This document shows, in pieces, positions 49,114-58,993 of a stretch of 64,000 nt of DNA. The DNA comes from Patescibacteria group bacterium (GTDB taxonomy: Bacteria; Patescibacteriota; WWE3; UBA101185; UBA10185): NCBI GenBank assembly GCA_018825365.1, contig JAHJEV010000003.1, positions 2,284 to 66,283 of the forward strand. Reading direction: 5' to 3'. The notes beneath the pieces were generated by a model. It was not told where the DNA came from. It did no database searches and saw only the letters and a list, made by a program, of their open reading frames with translations. Both the position numbers and the translations under genes were made by a program. The first letter of the stretch is position 1, and each line of letters starts with the position of its first letter.

Positions 49114-50985
49114 ATGAACGTACTAATACCCTACTCTTGGATAAAAGATTACATAAAAACAAATGCTGACGCGAAAGAAGCGGCAAGAATTTTATCTTTG
49201 CACTGTTTTAGTGTTGAACGAATAAACAAAGTTAATGGAGACGATGTTTTAGAAGTGGAAGTAACCCCAAATCGAGGTGACGCACTATCTGTAATTGGTA
49301 TCGCAAGAGAACTTAATGTTGTTTTGCCAAGAAATGGATTTAAGTGTGAATGGGTCGGGAAAAAGTCGGAGGTTTTCCACCCGGCAAGCACGGATGATTG
49401 TCTTGAAGCTGTAATAAAAGACAAAACACTTGTTCCGAGGTTTTGCGCGGTTGTTCTTAGCAATGTAAAAATCGGAGAATCTCCCCAAAAAATAAAGGCA
49501 CGGCTTGAAAGTGTCGGTATAAGAACGTTGGGAAATGTTATTGATGTTACCAACTACATGATGATAGATAAGGGGCAACCAATGCATGCTTTTGATTACG
49601 ACAAAATTGAAGGTCACAAAATGATTGTTCGGGAATCCAAGGAAGGAGAAAAAGTCGTTACTCTTGATGGTGTTGAAAGAAAACTTCCTGAGGGTGTAAT
49701 TGTCATTGAGGACGGAAGCGGAAGATTGATTGATCTTTGCGGAATAATGGGAGCCAAAAATAGTGAGGTCGATGAAAGCACCAAGAAAGTTTTACTTTTT
49801 GTACAAGCATACGATCCAGTAAGAATAAGAAAGGCATCCATGAGCCTAGGCCATAGAACCGAGGCGGCCTTAAGATTTGAAAAAGGCATAGATTTTGAAG
49901 GAATTATTCCCGCTCTTTATGATTCGGTTGAAATGCTTCACGAAATAGCCGGGGCGGAGGTTTCATCTGATTTGATAGATATCAAAAATGTTGAAAGAAA
50001 CGTGAAAAGTATTCCTGTGGATTACGAAAAGATAAATAAAATTGCAGGAATTGACATAAAACCGGAAGTTGTAGACCAAACATTGAGTGACTTAGGTTTT
50101 GAAAACAGAAACGGGTTTGTCGTAGTTCCGTCTTGGAGATACGAAGATATAGAAATTACTGAGGATTTGGCTGAGGAAGTTATAAGGATATATGGATACC
50201 ATAATCTTCCGGGACGTTTGTTAACGGGTGAGATTCCCGTAACGGAAAGAGATGATAGTTATTACTGGGAGGATGTGGTGAAAGATTTACTTAAACATTT
50301 AGGGTTTTTTGAATGTTATACCTATTCCTGCACTAAAAAAGAAAATGTTTCCGCCACCGCTTTAAAAATTGTTAACCCCCTAAGTGAGGATTTACTTTAT
50401 CTAAAGACTTCCCTACTCCCGCAACTGGTGGAAGTGTTGGATAAGAATCAATCCTACCGCGATAAAATTAAATTGTTTGAGCTTAGCAGCGTTTATTTTT
50501 CAAATGGAAAGGATCTTCCCCTGCAACAACAGTTTTTGGGTATTGTCACAAAAGGAATAGTAAAGATCGAACTAAGAGGAATTTTGGAGGTGATAGGAGA
50601 CGAAATGGGAATTCAAGACGATTCTCCTTTTGAAATAAGTGACTTTGGCAACGGAAAGTTTGGTGTTGAAATTAACTTTGAAGAGCTCGTTAAAAAAGCC
50701 ACTAAGGAAAAAACTTATATTCCGCTGACGAATTTTAATTCAATAAAAGAGGATCTTACATTTTCCATTCCTCGGGGTGTTTTATACCCTCAGGTTAGAA
50801 GTTTGATTTTGGATTCGGACGAAAGAATTTACAAACTAGGTTTTAAAGATATTTACAAGAATGCTTTGACCTTTGCAATTGAATATCTTGATAGAGAAAA
50901 GCAGATTTCATCAGAGGATACCCAGGAAATAAGAAAAAAGATTTTTGAAAAGCTTGAGAAAATCGGAGTTAGATTAAAGGTTTAA
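49114..50985 (+). CDS. pheT: Phenylalanyl-tRNA synthetase beta subunit (short form)
   Basis: B3/B4 and B5 domains plus a C-terminal FDX-ACB-like domain. At 623 aa it is shorter than typical bacterial PheT. Confidence 0.8.
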   Translation: MNVLIPYSWIKDYIKTNADAKEAARILSLHCFSVERINKVNGDDVLEVEVTPNRGDALSVIGIARELNVVLPRNGFKCEWVGKKSEVFHPASTDDCLEAVIKDKTLVPRFCAVVLSNVKIGESPQKIKARLESVGIRTLGNVIDVTNYMMIDKGQPMHAFDYDKIEGHKMIVRESKEGEKVVTLDGVERKLPEGVIVIEDGSGRLIDLCGIMGAKNSEVDESTKKVLLFVQAYDPVRIRKASMSLGHRTEAALRFEKGIDFEGIIPALYDSVEMLHEIAGAEVSSDLIDIKNVERNVKSIPVDYEKINKIAGIDIKPEVVDQTLSDLGFENRNGFVVVPSWRYEDIEITEDLAEEVIRIYGYHNLPGRLLTGEIPVTERDDSYYWEDVVKDLLKHLGFFECYTYSCTKKENVSATALKIVNPLSEDLLYLKTSLLPQLVEVLDKNQSYRDKIKLFELSSVYFSNGKDLPLQQQFLGIVTKGIVKIELRGILEVIGDEMGIQDDSPFEISDFGNGKFGVEINFEELVKKATKEKTYIPLTNFNSIKEDLTFSIPRGVLYPQVRSLILDSDERIYKLGFKDIYKNALTFAIEYLDREKQISSEDTQEIRKKIFEKLEKIGVRLKV

Positions 50986-50993
50986 TTTCTTTT

Positions 50994-52286
50994 ATGTTTT
51001 CACTAAAGGATTTTGGAGTTACAAAAGAAGTTGGATTGTTAGAAAACGGCACCCGTGTGGTGTTATTTAATAAGCCTAGTGTACCAATCTCAATAAATGT
51101 CGCTTTTAATGCAGGTTCTAGGTTCGATCCTAACGGAAAAGAGGGCCTTGCTCATTTTACTGAGCATATGTTGCTTCAAAAGACTAAGAAATTTAATAAC
51201 GTTGCCAGTCTTTTTAAGTATCTTGAGGAAGTTGGGGGTCGTATAAATGTATTTACAGATAGCGAACAGATTTGTTTAACGATAGATCTTTCCGATAAGG
51301 AGGATTTTGATAAAGCTGTAACAATTATAGACGAGGTAGTCAACAACATGATTGTCGATGACGCCGTGTTTGAAAATGAGAGAAGTGTAATCATGAAAGA
51401 AATCGCGGATATAAAATCAAACCCCCAATCTTATGTTGGTGAGGTAGCAGAAGAACTATTTTTCCAAAACACTGACATTGGAAGATCCGTTTCCGGAGAT
51501 GAGAAATCCGTCAGTAACATCACAAAGAAGGATATATTAAATCTGTACAATAAAAAATTAAATACTAACTACATGACGGTTATTGTTTCCGGAGGAATAG
51601 AGCTTAATGAATTAATTTTGTATCTTAACGAGGGGATAACTCTTCAGAAAGTTACGGATAATCCAAACGCGCTGACGGTAGATTTAAGTATCTTCAGAGA
51701 GAGCGCAATCAAAGTTGAGGTGTATAAAGATACAGATAACGTGCATTTGGTTTTTGGTTTTAGAAGTTGCTCCATGTTTGATAATGATCACATTCCTTTG
51801 GCAGTATTAAGTGTAATTTGTGGATCCGGTTTTACCTCTTCTTTGTATAAGAAGTTAAGAGAAGAGAAAGGTTTGGTATATGGTGTTTCTGTCGATTCAC
51901 TAGGGATGTCGGATAGTGGGGCCTGGGTGGTATCAACCTCAACCCCAAAAGAAAATGTTCAACAGCTTTTGGACATAGTGTGTGATGAGTTTAACAGAAT
52001 TTATGACGGAGGGATTTTTGATAGCGAGTTACGTCTTGCAAAAGATAAAATTATTAAGTCAAGAAAGCAAAGGATGCAAACTTCGAGGGCCTGGGTGGAT
52101 TTTCACACGGCCGGAGAGTCATTAAATCCTAAAAAAGCGAGGGACCTAGATAAGGTTTTGGATAAAATCAGCAAAGTAACATTGGGTGATCTAAGGAGAG
52201 TAGGGAGAAAATATTTTAGCAAGAATTCCTGGTATTTAGCTATGTGTGGAGATACAACTGAGAAAGATTTTAAGATAAATTATTAG
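50994..52286 (+). CDS. M16 (pitrilysin) family zinc peptidase
   Basis: Inverted zinc motif HFTEH (HxxEH) with a downstream E, showing the two-lobe M16 architecture. Confidence 0.75.
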   Translation: MFSLKDFGVTKEVGLLENGTRVVLFNKPSVPISINVAFNAGSRFDPNGKEGLAHFTEHMLLQKTKKFNNVASLFKYLEEVGGRINVFTDSEQICLTIDLSDKEDFDKAVTIIDEVVNNMIVDDAVFENERSVIMKEIADIKSNPQSYVGEVAEELFFQNTDIGRSVSGDEKSVSNITKKDILNLYNKKLNTNYMTVIVSGGIELNELILYLNEGITLQKVTDNPNALTVDLSIFRESAIKVEVYKDTDNVHLVFGFRSCSMFDNDHIPLAVLSVICGSGFTSSLYKKLREEKGLVYGVSVDSLGMSDSGAWVVSTSTPKENVQQLLDIVCDEFNRIYDGGIFDSELRLAKDKIIKSRKQRMQTSRAWVDFHTAGESLNPKKARDLDKVLDKISKVTLGDLRRVGRKYFSKNSWYLAMCGDTTEKDFKINY

Positions 52287-52636
52287 AGAACTTTTTTAAC
52301 TTTCTCAACAATCTCCTCAAATCCCTTTGGATCATTGATGGCAACTTCGGCAAGCATTTTCTTATTCAAATCGATTTTTGCTTTTTTAAGCCCCGCCATA
52401 AATCTGCTGTACATTATTTCAAACTTAGCCAAGGCACCGCTTATTCTTGCAATCCAAAGCGTTCTCATATCCCTTCTTCTGTTTCTTCTTCCTTCAAATG
52501 CATGCTCGCCAGCTCTTAAAACTGCTTCATGAGCTCTTTTTAAAAGCTTGCTTCTTGTTCCTCTATAGCCTTTTGCCATTCGAAGTATTTTATTATGTCT
52601 TCTTCTGGTTCTGACACCACCTTTTGATCTTGGCAT
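52283..52636 (-). CDS. rplT: 50S ribosomal protein L20
   Basis: MPRSKGGVRTRRRHNKILRMAKGYRG. Confidence 0.9.
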   Translation of the reverse strand: MPRSKGGVRTRRRHNKILRMAKGYRGTRSKLLKRAHEAVLRAGEHAFEGRRNRRRDMRTLWIARISGALAKFEIMYSRFMAGLKKAKIDLNKKMLAEVAINDPKGFEEIVEKVKKVL

Positions 52637-52848
52637 TATCTACCTCTTACTTGCTTGGCCAGCAACTTTTTAAATATTTTCCTGTGGCCGACATTCATTT
52701 GCTGTGTGATTTTCCCTTTTTTTATTTTCCTATCAACACTTTTAGTGGCTTTTAAGTGAGCCATACCGATAAGTTTATTCATAAACTTGCCTGTTTTTGT
52801 AACTTTCACCCTTTTCATAAGTGTTTTTCTTGTCTTAAGTTTTGGCAT
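52636..52848 (-). CDS. rpmI: 50S ribosomal protein L35
   Basis: MPKLKTRKTLMKRVKVTKTGK, with the conserved infC-rpmI-rplT operon order. Confidence 0.8.
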   Translation of the reverse strand: MPKLKTRKTLMKRVKVTKTGKFMNKLIGMAHLKATKSVDRKIKKGKITQQMNVGHRKIFKKLLAKQVRGR

Positions 52849-52865
52849 GTTTTACCTTCTTATAA

Positions 52866-53372
52866 TTACTTTCCTGAAAATATTGCCCAAATCAAATTTC
52901 CCATTTGTCTGGGTTCAACTTCCATTTTTGCTACGTCTGATAGCTCTTTTCCGATCTTTCTTAGTTTTTCAATAGCAACTTCCGGAAACATTCCCTCTCT
53001 TCCGCGCATTTTAACAGTGATTTTGACCTTGTTTCCCTCTTCTATAAACTTACGTCCTCTTGTGACAAACCTTTGAATGTCCCCTTCTCCGGTTGTTGGA
53101 GTCATTCTAAACTCCTTCATTTCGGTTTTTTTGCTTTTAGCCTTAGCAATACTGGCCTTTTTTCTTTCTTCGTACAAAAACTTTGTGAACTCAACTATTT
53201 TTGCAACCGGCGGATTGGCGTTTGGAACTACCAATATTAAGTCCAAATCCTGGTTTTTGGCTAGTGCTATGGCCTCGTTTTTGGCTAAAACACCTAAATT
53301 TTCACCCTTATCTGAAATGACCCTTACTTTATCTGATTTTATCTGTTCGTTTTTTATGTACCAGTTTGGTAT
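52866..53372 (-). CDS. infC: Translation initiation factor IF-3 with non-AUG (ATA) start
   Basis: The in-frame extension upstream of the track ORF reads (I)PNWYIKNEQIKSDKVRVISDKGENLGVLAKNEAIALAKNQDLDLILVVPNANPPVAKI, which aligns with the IF-3 N-domain. After the in-frame TAA the first codon is ATA, 7 nt after AGGAGG. Confidence 0.7.
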   Translation of the reverse strand: MPNWYIKNEQIKSDKVRVISDKGENLGVLAKNEAIALAKNQDLDLILVVPNANPPVAKIVEFTKFLYEERKKASIAKAKSKKTEMKEFRMTPTTGEGDIQRFVTRGRKFIEEGNKVKITVKMRGREGMFPEVAIEKLRKIGKELSDVAKMEVEPRQMGNLIWAIFSGK

Positions 53373-53398
53373 ACGTTATCCTCCTAGACTTAGGTAAA

Positions 53399-55198
53399 TT
53401 ACCACAAATTGAGAGATTTGGTCAAATACATTTGCTCAATTATGTGTATTACCTCATCAAGATCCTTGGCCCCAAGATTTTTTTCCGTCCTTAGCCTTAC
53501 GCTCACCTGTTTGTTTTCTACCTCTTTGTCCCCAACTATAAGCATATATGGGATCTTTTTCATCTGAGCGTCTCTTATTTTTGCCTGCATGGTCTCAGCA
53601 CGATCGTCAACATGGGCTCTTAAATGTTTTTCCTCCATTTTGTCTGCAATTTCCTGCGCATATTTAATGTGTTTATCTCCGATTGGTATTATTTCAACCT
53701 GCAAAGGACAAAGCCATACGGGAAAAGCTCCTGCAAAATGCTCCATTAAAAAGCCTACAAATCTTTCACTTGAGCCAAGCGGTGCTCTGTGCTGGACTAT
53801 TACGGACTTTTCCTTGCCGTCTTTATCAATGTATTTAAGTCCGAATCTTTCGGGCATGTAAAGATCAATTTGGTTCGTTGATATGCCGTATTCCGTTCCT
53901 ATGGCTGATTTAACCTTAAAATCCATCTTGGGTCCGTAGTGTGCCGCACCTTCATTTACAACGGTGTATTCAATTCCTGATTTATCCAAAGCTTCTCGGG
54001 TAATTTTCTCCGCCTTTACCCACATCTCCTCATTTCCATGGTATTTATCCATTTTGGCCGAATCTCTCAAATTAAGCTCAATGTGGTAGTTTGTAAGGCC
54101 AAGTGTGTCGTAGTAGTACTTGTGGAGGTTTACTATTTCAACGAAAACCTCAATTGCCTGTTTTTCTGAGCAGTAAACATGGGCATCGTTTTGGCAAAAG
54201 AGCCTTGGGCGGAGTATCCCGTTTATCGATCCTCTGTTTTCATATCTTGCAACCGTTCCGTATTCGGCAATTCTCAAAGGCAACTCTTTGTAAGTTCTTG
54301 GTTTGGATCTAAAAACAAGGTGGTGGAAGGGACAGTTCATTGGTTTAATGAAATAGTCGTCCCCTTCCTCACCGGGAACCCCGACTTTGTACATCTCGTC
54401 TTCAAAGTAAGGAACGTGGCCCGAAAGCTCAAAGAGCTTTCTTTTTGTCATGAATGGAGTTGATACTCTTACATAACCCCATTTTTCTTCCGTTTGCTTG
54501 CCCCAGTTTTCAAGCTCTTCTTTTATAATCATTCCGTTTGGAAGCCAAACTGGAAGCCCCGGGCCTATTTCTTCATAAATATCGAATACCTCTAAGTATT
54601 TGTTTATATTTCTGTGGTCTCTTTTTTTCTGTTCTTCCAGGATTTTTAAGTATTCCTCAAGTTTTTCTTTGGAGTCAAAAGCTGTGGCATAGATTCTAGT
54701 TAACATTTTATTCTTTTCGCTTCCCCGCCAGTATGCTCCGGCAACACTTAGAAGTTTAAAAGCTTTAACTTTTCCGGTTTTATCAACATGATTTCCTGCA
54801 CAAAGGTCAATATCGTGAAACTTGCTTTTGGTATCCCCTACTTCACAAATAGTTGGTTCTTGCTTGTCTTTTTCAAGCTCTTCGATCATCTCAAGCTTAA
54901 AAGGATTTTCTTTGAATATTTCTTTCAGTTCTTTAAATGTTGATTTTCTAACTTTTATGGGAAGGTTCTCATTAACAATTTCCTGCATTCTCCTTTCGAT
55001 TTTTTCGAAATCTTCTTCTGATATCTTATCTGCGATGTCAAAATCCCCGTAGAATCCTCCCTCAATCGGAGGGCCCATTACCTTTTTAGCTCCGGGGAGA
55101 AGGGATTCCACACTCATGTGAAGAATATGCTCAGCCGAATGTCTTAAAGGAAACATCGGATCGTCTTTTATTTTTTCTGTTACTTTTTGTTTTTTCAT
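53399..55198 (-). CDS. thrS: Threonyl-tRNA synthetase (lacks N-terminal TGS domain)
   Basis: The editing-domain HxxxH (LRHSAEHIL), class II motifs (FRSKPRTYKELP, the motif-3 loop) and a C-terminal anticodon-binding domain. Confidence 0.9.
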   Translation of the reverse strand: MKKQKVTEKIKDDPMFPLRHSAEHILHMSVESLLPGAKKVMGPPIEGGFYGDFDIADKISEEDFEKIERRMQEIVNENLPIKVRKSTFKELKEIFKENPFKLEMIEELEKDKQEPTICEVGDTKSKFHDIDLCAGNHVDKTGKVKAFKLLSVAGAYWRGSEKNKMLTRIYATAFDSKEKLEEYLKILEEQKKRDHRNINKYLEVFDIYEEIGPGLPVWLPNGMIIKEELENWGKQTEEKWGYVRVSTPFMTKRKLFELSGHVPYFEDEMYKVGVPGEEGDDYFIKPMNCPFHHLVFRSKPRTYKELPLRIAEYGTVARYENRGSINGILRPRLFCQNDAHVYCSEKQAIEVFVEIVNLHKYYYDTLGLTNYHIELNLRDSAKMDKYHGNEEMWVKAEKITREALDKSGIEYTVVNEGAAHYGPKMDFKVKSAIGTEYGISTNQIDLYMPERFGLKYIDKDGKEKSVIVQHRAPLGSSERFVGFLMEHFAGAFPVWLCPLQVEIIPIGDKHIKYAQEIADKMEEKHLRAHVDDRAETMQAKIRDAQMKKIPYMLIVGDKEVENKQVSVRLRTEKNLGAKDLDEVIHIIEQMYLTKSLNLW

Positions 55199-55342
55199 TT
55201 TTATTACCTTTCAATTATAACTGAAATTTGTTTATGTAAAAGGAAATTAGGAAACATTAGCATTTAGTCAAAGTGTTACCCCCGCAGGGGTTGTGGTTAT
55301 AAAAATGGATTTAAACATTGATTCCATCTGTTTCTTTGTACT

Positions 55343-55786
55343 TCAACGTTTGGGTCTTGTCAACGACAACAAACTTCTTTTGACTTCGGGGGTAAGATTA
55401 AGTTTCAGTGCCTGTTTTAAAGGGAGCCATTTGAAATCTGTATGTTCTTTATTTAGCTTTAATTTTCCCTTTACCAGCCTACTTTTGTAAAAGAGGTTTA
55501 TATACATCAGCCCTTTATGATTTTTCAGCTCGCTTTTATGTTTTTCGAGGTAAAAGTTCAGTTTTTCCGGTTTTATTACGAGGTTGGTTTCTTCTTTCAC
55601 TTCTCTTTCCAATGTTTTGCTAATGTCTTCCCCCATTTCGAGATGCCCTCCAGGCAGTCCCCATAAACTTGGAGCATGGGATGCATTAGGAGACCTCTTG
55701 GTGAACAAATAGAAACCGCCTTTCCTTATTAGAGTTACGAAAACCACTACCACCTGCGGGATTCCTTCAACATATAGTCTTTTCAT
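55343..55786 (-). CDS. NUDIX hydrolase
   Basis: Nudix box GGHLEMGEDISKTLEREVKEETNL. Confidence 0.8.
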   Translation of the reverse strand: MKRLYVEGIPQVVVVFVTLIRKGGFYLFTKRSPNASHAPSLWGLPGGHLEMGEDISKTLEREVKEETNLVIKPEKLNFYLEKHKSELKNHKGLMYINLFYKSRLVKGKLKLNKEHTDFKWLPLKQALKLNLTPEVKRSLLSLTRPKR

Positions 55787-55841
55787 ATTTCCACCATATT
55801 AACTAAATAGTAAATAAACGGCAATAAGATATAATCCAGCT

Positions 55842-56522
55842 ATGATTCTGAACGTTTATAAAGAAAAAAATTGGACCAGCTTTGATGTTGTGGCTAAGGT
55901 AAGAAGCATGTTGGGAAGAAAAAGAAAGGTTGGTCATACCGGAACTTTGGATCCTTTGGCGGAAGGAGTTTTGATTGTTCTTACTGATGAGGATACCAAA
56001 AGACAAGATGACTTTATGACTATGGAAAAAGAGTATGTTGCTAAGATTGCGTTTGGAATTACTACACCAACGTATGATTTGGAAGTATTACCTAATGTAA
56101 GTGAAATGCAAATAAGCTTGAAAGAGGTCAAGGAAATCTTAGAAAAGATATTACCAAAATATATTGGCGAAATAACGCAGAAGGTACCCGCTTACTCGGC
56201 TGTTAAGGTTAAAGGAAAAACCTTATATAAAGAAGCAAGGAAGGGAAAATTAGGCGACATAAAACTTCCCGTTAAGAGAATAACGATCCATGAAGTTGAG
56301 GTTTTAGGTAGTGGGGAGGAAGAAATTGAGACGGTGGGTGGAAAACGTAAATTTCCGGTTATTAAGATGAAAGTCAGGTGTTCCTCAGGAAGTTATATTA
56401 GGTCTTTGGCTCATGATTTGGGAGAAGAGCTTGGGTGTGGCGCTGTTTTGGTTAGTCTATTAAGAACAAGAGTTGGTGATTTTGTAGTTGGCAAGTCTAG
56501 AAAGGTTTCAGATCTGTTTTAA
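55842..56522 (+). CDS. truB: tRNA pseudouridine(55) synthase
   Basis: GHTGTLDPLAEGVL contains the catalytic Asp motif. Confidence 0.9.
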   Translation: MILNVYKEKNWTSFDVVAKVRSMLGRKRKVGHTGTLDPLAEGVLIVLTDEDTKRQDDFMTMEKEYVAKIAFGITTPTYDLEVLPNVSEMQISLKEVKEILEKILPKYIGEITQKVPAYSAVKVKGKTLYKEARKGKLGDIKLPVKRITIHEVEVLGSGEEEIETVGGKRKFPVIKMKVRCSSGSYIRSLAHDLGEELGCGAVLVSLLRTRVGDFVVGKSRKVSDLF

Positions 56523-56593
56523 CGCCTTTAATATTTAACAGAAATGAACTAGTAGAGTAAAATAAACAAAAATCCAACAATAGGAGGAGAAAA

Positions 56594-56950
56594 ATGGGTC
56601 CAAAGGCTACTGGAGGTTGGGGATCGATATCAGGTTTTAGGATTCGCACGAGCTCACTCGCTAAGGAGAGTTGGTCACTAAAGGCTCTGTCGCAGAATCC
56701 GGGTACCAAAGAAAGACCCACGTATGTTCATGCTGACAGCATTACTATAAAAGGTACCGTTGTTACCCTGGTAGTTGGTAGGAGAACATTTACCGGCTAT
56801 GAGTTTGACAATGTTGCTATAAAGCATGGGGTTGAAAATCACGAGAAACCCATAAGTTATTATTACTTTGATGCAAAGGATAAAAGTACCGGGAAATATC
56901 TCAGAATTTGGGTTACGAAGGGGGAGATACACAACGCCCTGCTTAGGTAA
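56594..56950 (+). CDS. Hypothetical protein
   Basis: 118 aa with a strong SD (AGGAGGAGAAAA-ATG) and a terminator downstream. Confidence 0.5.
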   Translation: MGPKATGGWGSISGFRIRTSSLAKESWSLKALSQNPGTKERPTYVHADSITIKGTVVTLVVGRRTFTGYEFDNVAIKHGVENHEKPISYYYFDAKDKSTGKYLRIWVTKGEIHNALLR

Positions 56951-56956
56951 CTAAAA

Positions 56957-56993
56957 AGCCAGGAACTCAAAAAGGACCTGGCTTATTTATTTC
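56957..56993. terminator. Bidirectional rho-independent terminator between convergent genes
   Basis: AGCCAGG...CCTGGCT hairpin flanked by a T-run on both strands. Confidence 0.55.
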
Positions 56994-57006
56994 TACTTAT
57001 CTGGTT

Positions 57007-57381
57007 TTAGTCTCCGGCCTTAATTGCCTCTTCTTTGGTCACATGAATAGTTCCGTTCGGATGATTTGCCGGGCTGTAAATTGTGTATACTTTCAACTGC
57101 TCTGTAGTGCTTGTGTTTATGATATTGTGCTCGGTTCCCGCGGGTATAACAATTCCAAATCCAGCCGAGAATTTATATTCAGTTCCATTTAAAACTGCTT
57201 TGCCAACACCTTCTTCGATTCTGAAAAATTGATCGACCTTGTCGTGCGTTTCCATTCCGATATCTTCCATTGGTTTAAGATTCATCAAAACAAGCTGACT
57301 GTGAGCGTTTGTTGATATTACTTTTCTGAAATTTGTATTTTCTACTGTCTGTTTCTCCAGATTTTCTACAAATATTTCCAT
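57007..57381 (-). CDS. Cupin-domain protein
   Basis: Two-motif cupin signature (G...H.K.DQFF....G and GIVIPAGTEHNIIN). Confidence 0.7.
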   Translation of the reverse strand: MEIFVENLEKQTVENTNFRKVISTNAHSQLVLMNLKPMEDIGMETHDKVDQFFRIEEGVGKAVLNGTEYKFSAGFGIVIPAGTEHNIINTSTTEQLKVYTIYSPANHPNGTIHVTKEEAIKAGD

Positions 57382-57406
57382 AACCTACTCCTTTACAACT
57401 AACTTA

Positions 57407-57955
57407 TTACTCTTTGCAGCAATCAACTGCCTTTTTAATTATCTGACTGAGTTTCTCAAATATACTCATCTCACTTTTAAGTTTTGGCTCCTTGTCTTCA
57501 CTTATGAGATGTATTTTTTGATCATCCCCAGATTTTAGATCTTCGGTTTTAATGATTCCTAAGTTCAAACCCCAAAACATATTGTAAAGCTCATATGATT
57601 TCCTAAACATTTCCTGAGCCTCCACTTTGTCTCCTTTTCCTAGTGCCTTGGTTCCAACCTCCATAAGTCTCATTGATGCGGATAAAAAGTGTTTGCTCGT
57701 ACACCAAATTTCCCCCTCGGGATTTTTCACAATCTTTTTCATGAGTTCCTTTCTCATTTCCCTGACTTTGTTTAAAAGTTCAAGATAAGCACCTTTATCG
57801 GTTTTTGCGCCGGTGAAAAAAAGATGTTCTTCAATTCCAAGCAGATTCATTATCGCAACGGACAAATCTTCTCCTGATGACAAATCCACTTTTTCATTCT
57901 TTTCTATTTTTTTAACCTGATCTATATATTTTTGAATTTTTTCCTGTTCGTTCAT
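57407..57955 (-). CDS. Hypothetical protein
   Basis: 182 aa with coiled-coil character and a C-terminal CC pair. Confidence 0.4.
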   Translation of the reverse strand: MNEQEKIQKYIDQVKKIEKNEKVDLSSGEDLSVAIMNLLGIEEHLFFTGAKTDKGAYLELLNKVREMRKELMKKIVKNPEGEIWCTSKHFLSASMRLMEVGTKALGKGDKVEAQEMFRKSYELYNMFWGLNLGIIKTEDLKSGDDQKIHLISEDKEPKLKSEMSIFEKLSQIIKKAVDCCKE

Positions 57956-57967
57956 AGCAATAGCTTA

Positions 57968-58471
57968 TCAGCTAAGTAGATAAAAAGTAAAACTGGCAAG
58001 CGTCAAAAGAAGCATCGGTAGTATCATCTTTTGGTAATAGATATAAACCTGTCCGTTGTTTAGTTTTCCTAATATTTTATCTAGCCAAACGGAAAGGGAA
58101 AAAGCGATTGACCCGGTAATTATTCCCAAAAGTATCTTATCTATCCCCCACAAAGTGTTTTGGGGGTGGCCGATTGTTTTTCCAAGCCACAGAGGAATTA
58201 TCGTAAGTGCGTACAGTAAAACAATTGAAAGTATTTTGGTGTAGGGAATTTTCCATCCCCTTTTCTCGATCCAGCCTGCAAGCCAAAGGGCACTTGCGAC
58301 AATAAGTCCTCCGATCCAAACTCCGGTGACTGTGTCGTCAATTCCAAGCCACCTGCTTACTCCAAGCCCGATCCCAACAGCAACTATGCATACAGGACAA
58401 ACTGCCAAAGCCGGTTTTATTGCTATGAAAGCAAAAAGAATAAATGACGTTAATGATATGATTGTTGTCAT
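57968..58471 (-). CDS. Integral membrane protein with intramembrane CPVC motif
   Basis: Four or five transmembrane helices. The only Cys pair is VCPVC, in TM1. Confidence 0.5.
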   Translation of the reverse strand: MTTIISLTSFILFAFIAIKPALAVCPVCIVAVGIGLGVSRWLGIDDTVTGVWIGGLIVASALWLAGWIEKRGWKIPYTKILSIVLLYALTIIPLWLGKTIGHPQNTLWGIDKILLGIITGSIAFSLSVWLDKILGKLNNGQVYIYYQKMILPMLLLTLASFTFYLLS

Positions 58472-58472
58472 T

Positions 58473-58904
58473 TTATTGGCCGGATGAAGGTGAGGATTGA
58501 GAAACTTCGGTTTCCGAAACCCCGAGCTTTTCTGAGAGGTATTTTATGACGTCAACAGCTCCTTCATAGCATTTTCCATTGGCGTACAAAAGCGGGATTC
58601 CCAGACCTGCTGTGGGAATGTTGCACCTCTTTGCAACTGCAACAAGTTTTTTGGAGTTAGCTGCGGAGAAAACCTCTATTTTTTCTAACGTTATTTTTTC
58701 TTCAATGTTGTTCTGAGTCATAAATTCCTCAACAATTTTGCAGTTTGGGCATGTGGTTTCATAAAAATACACAGGATTTTTGGAGTTTAATATCTCATCG
58801 ATTGCAACTTGATCTTTTTTCGATTTTGCACCATCCAAAACGATGATTCCGATAAGAAGGCCGATGGTTAAGATTATAAATAGTGTGATTAGCGTTTTAC
58901 TCAT
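58473..58904 (-). CDS. Membrane-anchored thioredoxin/glutaredoxin-fold protein (CPNC active site)
   Basis: N-terminal transmembrane anchor, YFYETTCPNCKIVEEF, and the GIPLLYANGKCYEG cis-Pro region. Confidence 0.7.
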   Translation of the reverse strand: MSKTLITLFIILTIGLLIGIIVLDGAKSKKDQVAIDEILNSKNPVYFYETTCPNCKIVEEFMTQNNIEEKITLEKIEVFSAANSKKLVAVAKRCNIPTAGLGIPLLYANGKCYEGAVDVIKYLSEKLGVSETEVSQSSPSSGQ

Positions 58905-58993
58905 ACTTGTGATTATAAACTATTACATGATTTTGGGAGGGAAAGCAAATGTTCTGTGGTGGGGGTAAGTGCTAGGATGTGCGAACTATCTGT

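Noticed and set aside
57968-58471. DsbB or VKOR identity for the CPVC membrane protein.
   Set aside because: Both families need two Cys pairs (one intramembrane or loop pair plus a second pair). This protein has only a single CxxC.
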